Assembly: GCA_037969075.1 (NCBI GenBank)
Contig: JBBKWS010000005.1
Location: 1-17,060, forward strand
Length of the DNA stretch: 17,060 nucleotides
Reading direction: 5' to 3'
From: Bdellovibrionales bacterium
Lineage (GTDB): Bacteria; Bdellovibrionota; Bdellovibrionia; Bdellovibrionales; UBA840
Part shown: in pieces, positions 5,792 to 15,064 of the stretch
Layout: every line of letters starts with the position of its first letter
Position numbering within the stretch: position 1 is the stretch's first letter
Notes under the pieces: generated by a model
Told to the model about the DNA's origin: nothing
Databases searched by the model: none
What the model saw: only the letters and a program-made list of their open reading frames with translations
Program-made: the position numbers and the translations under genes

Positions 5792-6985
5792 TTCCATCGC
5801 AAAACCTACAGCAATTTTACTAAATACTGCTGAGTGATTAAAGCTTGATCCTGAGTGAATAATATCTTCTTTAGTATGAATACGCTTGTTGATTGTATTC
5901 ATCGTAGATTCAAACGGCATTAAAGTTGAATACCCTTGTCTAAACCAAGAAGCGTGGTCACTACAGCCATAACCACAAGCAAACTCTTGCAGAGTAACAT
6001 TTAAATACAGACGATTTAACTCTTGCAACATTTCTCTAAGCCATAAAGAGGTAAAATCTGTCGTATTTCCGATAACCATCTCGCCCGCACCTGGGTTCAG
6101 ACTCATATCTAGTTGTAAAACAGCAATTACGTCCTGGCTAGACTGCTTATATGTTTTAGCAATTTCAGCAGAACCTAAAAGACCCGCCTCTTCTCCCGCG
6201 TACCAAAAAAATTCAATTGTACGCTTAGCTTGTGCTTTTGATGAAAGAATTCTTACCGCTTCTAGTAAGTTAGCCGAACCTGATGCATTATCATCAGAAC
6301 CAGGTGATCTTCCTTCAGCTGGGCCTGGGCCAAAAATTCCCTGAGTAACTGAATCTAAATGTCCGCCTAATACGATGATCTCATTTGGTCTTTCTGATCC
6401 AACCAAACGTAAACGTAATGACTTTTGTGGCGTTGAATTATGAGAAACTGTTTCTACTGTAAAAGGTAAGTTAGAAGCTTCTAGCATTTTAGTTATTTTT
6501 ACTTTTAATGCTTCAACATGTGCATTGGCATTCTGCGATTTATGGTATCTGGTATTAAAATTATCTGACAACCATGTTACAGTCTCTTGTAAATTAGCTG
6601 GATTCACTTCAGCCATTGCATCGGCGATATCAGAATTATAATTTAAAACTACAGATTCTTTTAGAAAACGAGAGAACTCTTCTTTATCTGCCGCTTGTCT
6701 TAAAGATCTAAGAGCATCAAAATGCGATAATCCACTTTTTGTATTCTCTTCTAGCGCTTCATAGCCACCACAACGGCCCAACAAGTGCGAGGCCTTTGAT
6801 ATTTCTTGTTCTTGCTGTGGATTGATATAGCTAAGACCAACATTTAACTTTTCATCTTCCATAACAATTGGAATTTGTAACTGCCTCAAAATAGTTGCGT
6901 CAGCTAAAACGGCTTTTTGTTCAAAATTTCCCATAGGCACATGAGCGAATGCCGCACCAATGAGTAGCGATAATATTGTATTCAT
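5768..6985 (-). CDS. Secreted M28 family leucyl aminopeptidase (Vibrio AAP-like) with propeptide, 405 aa
   Basis: GGHLDS, GSDDNASG, AGEEAGLLGS, QLDM, CGYGCSDHASW and IHT. Start at ATG 6985 (SD AGGGGG) gives signal peptide MNTILSLLIGAAFA. 24-nt convergent overlap with tatD. Confidence 0.92.
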   Translation of the reverse strand: MNTILSLLIGAAFAHVPMGNFEQKAVLADATILRQLQIPIVMEDEKLNVGLSYINPQQEQEISKASHLLGRCGGYEALEENTKSGLSHFDALRSLRQAADKEEFSRFLKESVVLNYNSDIADAMAEVNPANLQETVTWLSDNFNTRYHKSQNANAHVEALKVKITKMLEASNLPFTVETVSHNSTPQKSLRLRLVGSERPNEIIVLGGHLDSVTQGIFGPGPAEGRSPGSDDNASGSANLLEAVRILSSKAQAKRTIEFFWYAGEEAGLLGSAEIAKTYKQSSQDVIAVLQLDMSLNPGAGEMVIGNTTDFTSLWLREMLQELNRLYLNVTLQEFACGYGCSDHASWFRQGYSTLMPFESTMNTINKRIHTKEDIIHSGSSFNHSAVFSKIAVGFAMELGNSDRR

Positions 6986-7032
6986 AAATTTCCCCCTGAT
7001 AAAATTGTGGGCGACGATGCTTTTAGCCACAA

Positions 7033-7067
7033 GCAAAAGCCTAGTTCCTAGGCAAAAGACTAGCCTC
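7033..7067 (-). promoter_or_regulatory. Direct/inverted repeat cluster with a sigma54-like GG-N10-GC in the divergent protease intergenic region
   Basis: GCAAAAGCCTAG (7033-7044) and GCAAAAGACTAG (7052-7063). GCCTAG-ttc-CTAGGC (7039-7053). Minus strand A-GG-CTAGTCTTTT-GC-C (GG 7065-7064, GC 7053-7052). Confidence 0.45.
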
Positions 7068-7205
7068 TTGGATAAATATAAGAATTTAGGGACATTTTAT
7101 CACCATGTAATAAAGATTCTTAGGCGCAAAAAGACCCCTTTTTCGATTTTTGTTTTCACATCCTTAGTATTTATTCATTATAACCGCATTATTCCGGGGG
7201 GGATC

Positions 7206-10130
7206 ATGAAATCAGTTTCTTTATTTTCTATATTATTTCTAGTGGCAGCTTGCAGCCAAGATACAAGTCGAAGCAAAATGGGGCACAATGATCAAGTCAT
7301 GTATGACTTGCAAACTGAGATCAGCAAGCTATCCGATTCTACAGATGCCAATGACATGCAACGAGCTGCCTATTTAGATAAAATGATGCATGAAAAAAGA
7401 ACGGCAAAAACATTGGTTTCTGCAAACATTGATAAATTACGACAAAGTATGAAAGGACATTCAGATTTATACATTTTTGAAGGGAAATATAAAGTCTTAG
7501 TAATTCCTGTACAATTTAAAGATGTAAAGTTTGATAACCCCGAATTTTACCCGACTGATCTGGGAGCTAACGCCCCTATTCAAGATTACTTATTTGGCAA
7601 TAATCCAGATTCAATGACTAGCTTCTATAAGCATACTTCATTTGGTAAATTTACTTTAACTGGCGAAGTCGCTCCAATTATTACCGTAGATAAAAACATG
7701 GTCGAATACGGCGAGGCCATATTTGGTAGTAATGATAAAAATGCTAGAGGACTGGTTGTTGATACTCTACAAAAATTAAAAGATACAGGAGTGGATAGCA
7801 CATGGTGGGAGTCCTTTGATAACTGGGATCTATTTGATTATGATCAAGACAATCACTTTAATGAGCCCGATGGTTTTATTGACGCTGTGATTTTAGTATT
7901 TGCTGGAAAAGCGCAATCATCTTGCCAAAGATCGTTTGATCCAGATGGTATTAGGCCACCTTCATCTGATGTGCCTCCTGGTCCAAGACAAGAAGCTACT
8001 GTTGAATGTTACAATCGAATTTGGCCACATCGTTGGACTATATCAGTACCGTCCACTGATCCACGATATAGTGTTGTTGGTCCAACAGTAGAGGGATCAG
8101 TCCGCCCAAGTTTAAATGGATTAAAGCTAAGTGATTCTGTTTTTGCGCTCGATTACAACATGCAAGCTGAATATTCTGAAATATCAACCCTCATACATGA
8201 ATTTGGCCACTCCCTAACTCTTCCAGATATCTATGCCTATAAAGGAGATAATAATACAGGCGGTTGGGATGCAATGAGTAGTACTGCTACTGTTCACCCA
8301 CAAGAGTTTTCGTCCTATTCAAAACTAACGCTTGGGTGGTTACGCCCAAAATTAATTAAGCAGGGACAAAACACTTCTGCCTATCTTGGACATTACAACT
8401 ACGTGCCCGTAAATCAAAGAGAGTCTGGCTTAGAATATCAAGGTCCATTGTCAGTGGATGAAAATGCCGGAGATGAGATTCATACATATGATATCACATC
8501 CACTACTCCTGAATTTAAAGAACCCGTCTATAGATCTCTAGCGATAATGACAGAGCCTTCTAAAGAACTAGAGCAAGTAATTACAATGCCAGTTGAGATG
8601 CAAACATACTCTGCCTATTCTGGACGCTTTGATGGAACATCTAAATCATTAAACTTACATTTCAAAGTTCCAATGGACGCAAAGACAATTTCATTCGACA
8701 CTATTTATCATATAGAAACAGAAACAAACTTTAACTCAAAAGAGCCTGATATCCGAGTGGTCACTGACTTCGATATTGGTGGTGTTTACATAAACTCAAA
8801 GTTAGTTGACGAGTTACGTACCATTTCAGGTGATGATAACGCCGACAGTTTAGCAGAAACTAATCCCGCTTGCGAAGCAAGTCGCGCGCTAGATTTAAGA
8901 AAAAAGAAGAATGCGGATACTATCTCTGAATCTGAAAAAGAAGAACTAAAAAATATTTTAGAAATCTGCCAAAAGCCGATATGGGTTAAAAAATCATACG
9001 ATGTGTCAGCACTAGCAGGAAAAGATTTACATCTAGAAGTTAGGTATACTACGGATGCTGGATACACTGAGTTTGGTATCTTTGTAGACAACGTAAAACT
9101 TGGAGATGAAACTGTAAGTTTTGAATCTCAACCAATTGTTGACGGTGGCTTTATCTTACTTGCAGATGGAAAAAAAGAAAACTTTTACAACCAGTTTTAC
9201 TTACTTGAATTTAGAGATCCAAAAACCGAATACAACATCGACAACCAAGAACTATCTTACAACTTAGATAGAAATATTCAAATACTATGGAAGCAGTCTT
9301 TATTTTTAGATCAAGACAAGCCATTAATGGATCGCTTTAGAATGGTTGAGATGGAACAACAACCAGGTGTACTAGCGTGGTATTTTAACACTAGATATGA
9401 CACCAGATCTAATACTCCTGAATTTCAAGAGGGCAAAGGCTACCTATTAGTAGTAAATCCAAAAGTACAAGAAGTTCTCTTACCAGAAATACTATCAAGC
9501 CCAATTCTTCTTGATAAAGATGGAGATTATAAAGGCGATGAAGATGCTGATTACAAAGCTTTCGAAAAGGCACAGAGAGAACTTTTCGGCTGCTTTGCTC
9601 ACTCTAGATATTACGAATATGTAGAAGGAAGTCTTCCGGTTTGTCCTAACGAAGCAGAAAGAGATAGTATGCTTGGCCTTTCCTTTGAAGGAAAACCTTT
9701 AATATATAGAAGAGAAGCTTTCAATGACATTTTACCAATTCATCAAACTGATTACTCTTTTGTTGGCGAGCCCTTGCGAACAGAGCCCGAGATGAGAACT
9801 GGCTTATCTACATTTAGACCAGCCAGCTGGGGAAGTTTCTCTCCGTTCAAGCTCTACAAAGCTGTTGATGGAAAAATGGTTTTAGATCAGGACCTAACTG
9901 ACAAAACTTTTAAGTCGTCCAGCACAGATGTTTTTATGGATTCAAAAAATGCCCTACACCCCAAAAAGCGTTTTCACTCTGATAATGCTGTGGTTGAGAA
10001 AAAGGGCTTAGTGTTTAAGGTGGTCGAACCATCTTCACGTATAGAAAAATTATACAGTTCAAAGGACCCCGATTCGAATATTAACGTATACCGAAAACCA
10101 CAAGTGAAAATACTTGTAGAGTGGAGATAG
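7206..10130 (+). CDS. M6 family (immune inhibitor A-like) zinc metalloprotease, predicted lipoprotein, 974 aa
   Basis: Lipoprotein signal MKSVSLFSILFLVAA-C16, KVLVIPVQFKD, DYDQDNHFNEPDGFIDAVILVFAG, IWPHRW, HEFGHSLTLPDIY, Met-turn GWDAMS, YSKLTLGW, RYTTD...GIFVDNV and FYLLEFR. G-rich SD before ATG 7206. Confidence 0.9.
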   Translation: MKSVSLFSILFLVAACSQDTSRSKMGHNDQVMYDLQTEISKLSDSTDANDMQRAAYLDKMMHEKRTAKTLVSANIDKLRQSMKGHSDLYIFEGKYKVLVIPVQFKDVKFDNPEFYPTDLGANAPIQDYLFGNNPDSMTSFYKHTSFGKFTLTGEVAPIITVDKNMVEYGEAIFGSNDKNARGLVVDTLQKLKDTGVDSTWWESFDNWDLFDYDQDNHFNEPDGFIDAVILVFAGKAQSSCQRSFDPDGIRPPSSDVPPGPRQEATVECYNRIWPHRWTISVPSTDPRYSVVGPTVEGSVRPSLNGLKLSDSVFALDYNMQAEYSEISTLIHEFGHSLTLPDIYAYKGDNNTGGWDAMSSTATVHPQEFSSYSKLTLGWLRPKLIKQGQNTSAYLGHYNYVPVNQRESGLEYQGPLSVDENAGDEIHTYDITSTTPEFKEPVYRSLAIMTEPSKELEQVITMPVEMQTYSAYSGRFDGTSKSLNLHFKVPMDAKTISFDTIYHIETETNFNSKEPDIRVVTDFDIGGVYINSKLVDELRTISGDDNADSLAETNPACEASRALDLRKKKNADTISESEKEELKNILEICQKPIWVKKSYDVSALAGKDLHLEVRYTTDAGYTEFGIFVDNVKLGDETVSFESQPIVDGGFILLADGKKENFYNQFYLLEFRDPKTEYNIDNQELSYNLDRNIQILWKQSLFLDQDKPLMDRFRMVEMEQQPGVLAWYFNTRYDTRSNTPEFQEGKGYLLVVNPKVQEVLLPEILSSPILLDKDGDYKGDEDADYKAFEKAQRELFGCFAHSRYYEYVEGSLPVCPNEAERDSMLGLSFEGKPLIYRREAFNDILPIHQTDYSFVGEPLRTEPEMRTGLSTFRPASWGSFSPFKLYKAVDGKMVLDQDLTDKTFKSSSTDVFMDSKNALHPKKRFHSDNAVVEKKGLVFKVVEPSSRIEKLYSSKDPDSNINVYRKPQVKILVEWR

Positions 10131-10133
10131 TAA

Positions 10134-10168
10134 AAAGCGGCTGCAAAGCCGCTTTGTGCTTGTTTTTT
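10134..10168 (+). terminator. Intrinsic terminator after the M6 protease (probably bidirectional)
   Basis: AAAGCGGCT-GCAA-AGCCGCTTT: 9-bp stem with GNRA loop (10134-10155), followed by T-rich gtgcttgtttttt and preceded by an A-run. Confidence 0.8.
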
Positions 10169-10189
10169 GCACATAACAACTAGAATCCA

Positions 10190-10218
10190 TTGCATTTTAC
10201 AGCTGCTAGCTCTAATTT
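10190..10218 (+). promoter_or_regulatory. Sigma70-type promoter of the gap operon
   Basis: TTGCAT-N17-TAATTT, then SD AAGGGAG before ATG 10249. Confidence 0.5.
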
Positions 10219-10248
10219 AAGCCCATCTAAAACAAGGGAGATATTCTT

Positions 10249-11253
10249 ATGTCACGTCTTCGTGTAGCCATTAATGGTTTTGGTCGTATTGGTCGTATCG
10301 TATTCAGAGCGGGTTTTGAACAATTAGATATCGTAGCAATCAATGATCCTGGTGGAAGTGAAATTGGAGCGCATCTATTAAAGTATGATTCTACGCATGG
10401 AACTTTTGATAAGGAAGTAAGTGCTGATGGAAAAGTGATTAGTGTCGATGGAAAAAAGATTCATTTTTTAACTTCTAAAAATCCACTTGAATGTGACTGG
10501 AAAGGTCTTGGCGTCGATGTCGTGTTAGAATGCTCAGGTGTTTTTAAAGACAAATCAGAGATCGAAGCACACATAAAAGCTGGTGCAAAAAGAGTGATCG
10601 TATCAGCTCCTGCAAAAAATGTAGATTTAACCGTAGTATACGGCATTAACCATGAAACCTATGACCCTACAAAACACTTTGTAGTTAGCAATGCTTCATG
10701 CACAACAAACTGCTTAGCACCACTTGCCAAAGTTATTAACGATGCGTTTGGAATTGAAAATGCCCTTATGACAACCGTGCATGCATACACTAATGATCAA
10801 AAGATATTAGATTCAGCTCATAAAGACTTTAGAAGAGCAAGAAGTGCAGCACTTTCAATGATCCCAACAACAACAGGTGCTGCTGTGGCAGTAACTGAAG
10901 TTCTTCCTGAGTTAAAAGGAAAATTAGATGGCACCTCTGTCAGAGTCCCAACACCTAACGTAAGTTTAGTAGACTTAACAGCTAATGTTAAAAAGACAGT
11001 TACAATTGAAAGTGTAAATGAGGCCTTAAAGAATGCTGCTGCCAATAGTTTAAAAGGTATTCTAACTACAGAAAAAAATGAACTAGTAAGCATAGATTTT
11101 AATGGAAACACGCATAGCTCAATCGTTGATTTACCTTCTACTATGGTCATTGGCGATAATATGTTAAAAGTATTTTCATGGTATGACAATGAGACTGGCT
11201 TTTCTAATCGTATGATTGATTTTGCCATCCATATGCAAAAAAAAGGTATATAA
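10249..11253 (+). CDS. gap: Type I glyceraldehyde-3-phosphate dehydrogenase, 334 aa
   Basis: INGFGRIGR, SNASCTTNCLAP, IPTTTGAA, RVPTPNVS and WYDNETGFSNR. Confidence 0.98.
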   Translation: MSRLRVAINGFGRIGRIVFRAGFEQLDIVAINDPGGSEIGAHLLKYDSTHGTFDKEVSADGKVISVDGKKIHFLTSKNPLECDWKGLGVDVVLECSGVFKDKSEIEAHIKAGAKRVIVSAPAKNVDLTVVYGINHETYDPTKHFVVSNASCTTNCLAPLAKVINDAFGIENALMTTVHAYTNDQKILDSAHKDFRRARSAALSMIPTTTGAAVAVTEVLPELKGKLDGTSVRVPTPNVSLVDLTANVKKTVTIESVNEALKNAAANSLKGILTTEKNELVSIDFNGNTHSSIVDLPSTMVIGDNMLKVFSWYDNETGFSNRMIDFAIHMQKKGI

Positions 11254-12464
11254 TGTCAGGTCTTGAGGGAATTAAAAAAATCACAGAATTAAACTTAAAG
11301 GACAAGCGTGTCTTTATTCGAGTTGATTTTAATGTCCCTATTGAAAATGACAAAATTGTGGATGACTTCAGAATTCGCGCAGCTCTTCCAACCATTAAGT
11401 ACGCCCTTGCACAAGAAGCAAAGGTAATCATCGCCTCTCATATGGGCCGACCAAAAACAGAAGAAGATAAAAAGACAATGAGCCTTGAGATTGTTGCAGA
11501 GAGATTGCGCGAGCTTTTAGAGTGCGACGTAGTATTTGTTCATGAAGCGGATGGAAACGCACCTAAAGGTCTATTCCCGGCATTAAAACGTAATCAAATC
11601 CTACTTTTAGAAAACTTACGCTTTTCTGAAGGTGAAGAATCAAATTCCCATGAAATGGCTTCCCAATTAGCTAGCTATACCGATGTTTATATAAACGATG
11701 CGTTTGGCGCTAGTCACCGCGCCCACGCTTCGATTGTTGGACTACCAAGTATCGTCAGAGAAAAAGGCATTGGTTTTTTAATAGAAAAAGAAATCGATAT
11801 GCTAGATAAGGTTTTATATAAAACCGAGTCACCGTTCCTGGCTGTTTTAGGCGGTAGTAAAGTAAGTGATAAAATTGGTATGATCCAAAATATGCTTACT
11901 AAAATCGATACTTTTTTAATCGGCGGAGCGATGGCCTATACATTTTTAGCAGCTAAAGGCTCTCCTATTGGTAAATCTCGAGTAGAGACTGCCAAGCTTG
12001 GCCTTGCTAAAGAATTGATAGATAGAATCCAAGGAAGAGAAAAAAAACTTTTACTTCCGATTGATCATGTAATTGTACAAGAGTTAAAACCTGGAGCCGA
12101 ACACAAAATAACTACAAATGAAATTATACCAGAAGGTTGGATGGCTGTAGATATCGGACCAAAAACTCGTCAGATATACGCTAATGAGATTTTGCGGGCA
12201 GCGACTTTATTTTGGAATGGCCCAATGGGCGTTTACGAAGTGAAGCCATTTGATGCTGGGACACTGGCTGTGGCCAATGCCTTTGCAGAAACTGCGGGTA
12301 CAACTATTATTGGTGGTGGAGACTCTGCAGCCGCAGTAAAAGCTGCCGGTTTAGAAAATAAAATGGATCATATTTCTACAGGGGGCGGCGCTAGCTTAGA
12401 ATATCTAGAAGGCTCTAAACTACCTGGCTTAGAAGTTTTAAGACAAGGGAAGGCAAAATCATGA
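11253..12464 (+). CDS. pgk: Phosphoglycerate kinase, 403 aa
   Basis: RVDFNVP, SHMGRP, LLENLRF, NDAFGASHRAHAS, GGSKVSDK, WNGPMG and HISTGGGASLE. TAATG overlap with gap. Confidence 0.98.
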   Translation: MSGLEGIKKITELNLKDKRVFIRVDFNVPIENDKIVDDFRIRAALPTIKYALAQEAKVIIASHMGRPKTEEDKKTMSLEIVAERLRELLECDVVFVHEADGNAPKGLFPALKRNQILLLENLRFSEGEESNSHEMASQLASYTDVYINDAFGASHRAHASIVGLPSIVREKGIGFLIEKEIDMLDKVLYKTESPFLAVLGGSKVSDKIGMIQNMLTKIDTFLIGGAMAYTFLAAKGSPIGKSRVETAKLGLAKELIDRIQGREKKLLLPIDHVIVQELKPGAEHKITTNEIIPEGWMAVDIGPKTRQIYANEILRAATLFWNGPMGVYEVKPFDAGTLAVANAFAETAGTTIIGGGDSAAAVKAAGLENKMDHISTGGGASLEYLEGSKLPGLEVLRQGKAKS

Positions 12465-13207
12465 GATTTATATGGGCAGCTAACTGGAAACTAAACAAGA
12501 GTCCAAAAGAAAGTTTGGTAGCAATCAATGAGCTTTTAGAACAAGTACCAAAAAACTTACATTCACAAGTTTTAGTTTTTCCACAAAATTTTTCTGTTGG
12601 TGTACTAGCTTCTCTTCTATCAAAAACTTCAATGACATGGGGAGCGCAAAATATTCACCCCGAAAATGAAGGTGCTTTTACTGGAGAGAACTCACCTAAG
12701 ATTTTAAAAGAAATGGGTGCTACACATGTTTTGATTGGACATTCAGAACGAAGACATCTATTTGCAGAGGCCAATGAGTTTTTAGCGAGAAAAGTAAGTT
12801 CTGCTCAAAAAGAAATGCTAATTCCAGTTCTTTGCATTGGAGAGACTTTAGAAGAAAGAGAATCCAATAAAACAAAATCAGTTTTAGAAGAGCAATTAAA
12901 GATAGGTTTGCAGTTTTGCGACTTTCAAAAACCAGTAATTATAGCCTATGAACCAGTGTGGGCTATCGGCACTGGAAAAGTTGCAATGCCTGAGCAGGTA
13001 CTAGAGGCTCATGCATTTATCAGAAATTATCTAAAAGAAATGACTCAGCAAGATTTTGCAGAGAAGACTCCCATATTATACGGCGGCAGTGTAAAAGCTG
13101 ATAATGCCGAAATTTTAAGCAAAGTTGCTAACGTAAATGGCTTTTTAGTGGGCGGAGCTTCACTACAAGCAGAGACTTTTAATCAAATCATCCAGGCTTC
13201 ACTGTAG
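12461..13207 (+). CDS. tpiA: Triosephosphate isomerase, 248 aa
   Basis: ANWK, GAFTGE, IGHSERR, AYEPVWAIGTG, LYGGSV and GFLVGGAS. ATGA overlap with pgk. Confidence 0.98.
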   Translation: MRFIWAANWKLNKSPKESLVAINELLEQVPKNLHSQVLVFPQNFSVGVLASLLSKTSMTWGAQNIHPENEGAFTGENSPKILKEMGATHVLIGHSERRHLFAEANEFLARKVSSAQKEMLIPVLCIGETLEERESNKTKSVLEEQLKIGLQFCDFQKPVIIAYEPVWAIGTGKVAMPEQVLEAHAFIRNYLKEMTQQDFAEKTPILYGGSVKADNAEILSKVANVNGFLVGGASLQAETFNQIIQASL

Positions 13208-13228
13208 ATTTTGCATTGCGCAAAAGAC

Positions 13229-13272
13229 TTCGCGAAAAGCAATGGACAAAGAATGTAGGGGTTCCCTATATT
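13229..13272 (+). promoter_or_regulatory. Possible internal promoter for secG with upstream TTCGCGAA palindrome
   Basis: TTCGCGAAAAG (13229-13239), TGGACA (13243-13248), N18, then TATATT (13267-13272). Confidence 0.4.
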
Positions 13273-13291
13273 GTGGACCTTAGGAGCATAC

Positions 13292-13630
13292 ATGTTAACA
13301 TTTATCAGCGTTCTTCACATTGTAATCGCATTATTTCTTATCCTTTTGGTTTTAATCCAAGACTCTAAAGGTGGTGGATTGGGTGTTATGAGTGGCGGTT
13401 CGCAGTCTGTACTTGGAGCCTCTGGCGCTGATAATTTAATTGCTAAGGCTACTAGATGGACTGGATTAATGTTCGCTGGTACTTGTATTGCGCTTACTCT
13501 CTACAATGCTAAGGGCAATAAATCAGTACTTGATGGTATGCCAGCATCTGCAGTTCCTGCTGCACCAACAGCACCTGTTACGGCAGATGCACCCATTGAA
13601 GCACCAGCTACAGAAAAGACTGGCAACTAA
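13292..13630 (+). CDS. secG: Preprotein translocase subunit SecG, 112 aa
   Basis: HIVIALFLILLVLIQDSKGGGLG...GGSQSVLGASGADNLIAKATRW, two TM segments and a Pro/Ala-rich tail. SD AGGAG before ATG 13292. Canonical position after tpiA. Confidence 0.95.
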   Translation: MLTFISVLHIVIALFLILLVLIQDSKGGGLGVMSGGSQSVLGASGADNLIAKATRWTGLMFAGTCIALTLYNAKGNKSVLDGMPASAVPAAPTAPVTADAPIEAPATEKTGN

Positions 13631-13655
13631 GACGAAGTCTACTTACACTTAAAGT

Positions 13656-14546
13656 ATGTTCAAACGTTTTTTGCTATTAGCACTTGCGCTCCTTTTGCTT
13701 CTGGGTGGCGGTTATCTAATTTTAAATTATGAAACTGTATTATCGGTTTGGGATGAAATGTATGGCCCTAAAGATACCCGAGAAATTGTGGCTCTTGTCA
13801 CACGCACTGATGGTAACCCAAAACTCAAACTACCAAAAAGATTAGTCTACAAAAGTATTCGAGAATCACAGCAATTGAGATATTACGACACAATTCAAAC
13901 TGATGAGAAATCTCATATTACAATCGCATTTACAAATGGCCTAGTATTAGATTTAGAACCTAACTCCTTACTGGTGTTAGAGAAATCACAAGATGGTGAA
14001 TCTGGTGGCGTTGTAATTTCATTTCTACAAGGTAATTTCAAAGTTATCCAGGAAGGTAAATCTGGAAAAGTTTTTTTAGCTAAAGATTCGCAAGTTTTAG
14101 ATACAGCAGGAAGACTACCGCCAAAAGAATCAATTATTATTGCACCTGAATTAGATCAGCTTGAACCAGAGATAGAGGTTGCCACTCCCACCCCAACGCC
14201 TCCGCCTGTTCAAATTGCCAGACCTCGTCCAACACCTAAGCCAACTCCCGTAAGGGCTAAAGAAAGTCTGCCCGATGATTACATCGCAAGTATTGTAAAA
14301 AAACAAAAACCATTTCTTAACCGCTGCTATGCCCAGCATTTACGACTAAACCCAAATGCTTCAGGAAAAATGAGCATCAGTTTCACTGTAGAACCTACAG
14401 GTGGCGTAACAAGCGTTCGAATTTTAAGAAGCAGTATCGCTGACCCTCGCTTACAAAAATGCACTTTGACTGTATTAGAGAGAATGCAATTTAAAACCTT
14501 TGATGGAGACCCCATCGTCGTCAATTATCCAATTAATTTCGAATAA
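13656..14546 (+). CDS. Membrane-anchored protein: FecR-like beta domain, Pro-rich linker and AgmX/PglI (TonB-C-like) C-terminal domain, 296 aa
   Basis: N-terminal hydrophobic anchor. DTIQTDEKSHITIAFTNGLVLDLEPNSLLVL is FecR-like. Linker PTPTPPPV..PRPTPKPTP. C-terminus IASIVKKQ...NRCY...NPNASGKMSISFTV...G.V...C....F......V.YPINF. Confidence 0.78.
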   Translation: MFKRFLLLALALLLLLGGGYLILNYETVLSVWDEMYGPKDTREIVALVTRTDGNPKLKLPKRLVYKSIRESQQLRYYDTIQTDEKSHITIAFTNGLVLDLEPNSLLVLEKSQDGESGGVVISFLQGNFKVIQEGKSGKVFLAKDSQVLDTAGRLPPKESIIIAPELDQLEPEIEVATPTPTPPPVQIARPRPTPKPTPVRAKESLPDDYIASIVKKQKPFLNRCYAQHLRLNPNASGKMSISFTVEPTGGVTSVRILRSSIADPRLQKCTLTVLERMQFKTFDGDPIVVNYPINFE

Positions 14547-14547
14547 A

Positions 14548-14991
14548 ATGGTATATATAATAGCAATTTCTATCGGCATGATTTCAGTACTACAATCGAC
14601 TTTAAATCGACACATCGCTGACATATGGGGGTTAAGTTCTACCTTAGTAGTAGCAGGCATTACAATGTTAGTATCTTGCCTATTTTTATACGCAGCTGTT
14701 AAATTTTACCCAGATCTTTTTCCAGATTTTTTTAGAAATAAATCTGCTTGGACACAATTTAAAATTTGGTATTTGATTCCAGGAATTTTAGGACTACTGA
14801 TTGTTTTAGGCTTTCCCTTTGCTATCTCAAAAATAGGTGCTACCTCAGTATTTATACTGGCAATAGTTGGGCAAATTGCAGCTAGCGTTGTATGGGACGT
14901 TTGTATTGAAAAGATTCCTTTAAATCACTATCGACTAATTGCTATAGCACTTTGTGCTACAGGCGCATATTTATCAACAAAGACGCCTTAG
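14548..14991 (+). CDS. DMT superfamily small transporter (YdcZ/DUF606-like), 147 aa
   Basis: Five hydrophobic segments. Motifs G...VLQSTLN and WYLIPGILG...KIGATSVFILAIVGQIAASVVWD. ATG is 1 nt after the upstream stop. Confidence 0.8.
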   Translation: MVYIIAISIGMISVLQSTLNRHIADIWGLSSTLVVAGITMLVSCLFLYAAVKFYPDLFPDFFRNKSAWTQFKIWYLIPGILGLLIVLGFPFAISKIGATSVFILAIVGQIAASVVWDVCIEKIPLNHYRLIAIALCATGAYLSTKTP

Positions 14992-15064
14992 ACTGATACA
15001 CTGTTGAAGAAAATAACTTAGTCAGGGTCACAAAAATGTCGATGGTTACGTAAGAGGATACATC

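Noticed and set aside
6960..7205. N-terminal extensions of the M6 ORF (from 6960) and the M28 ORF (from 7036)
   Set aside because: The downstream ATGs (7206, 6985) have SD sequences and give proper signal peptides. The extensions would overlap each other head-to-head.
13209..13244. Alternative hairpins between tpiA and secG (TTTTGC/GCAAAA versus CATTGC/GCAATG) as a riboswitch or terminator
   Set aside because: The stems are only 6 bp, there is no U-tract on the coding strand, and nothing resembles a known riboswitch.
13631..13655. tRNA-Leu that often follows secG
   Set aside because: The spacer is only 25 nt and contains no tRNA.
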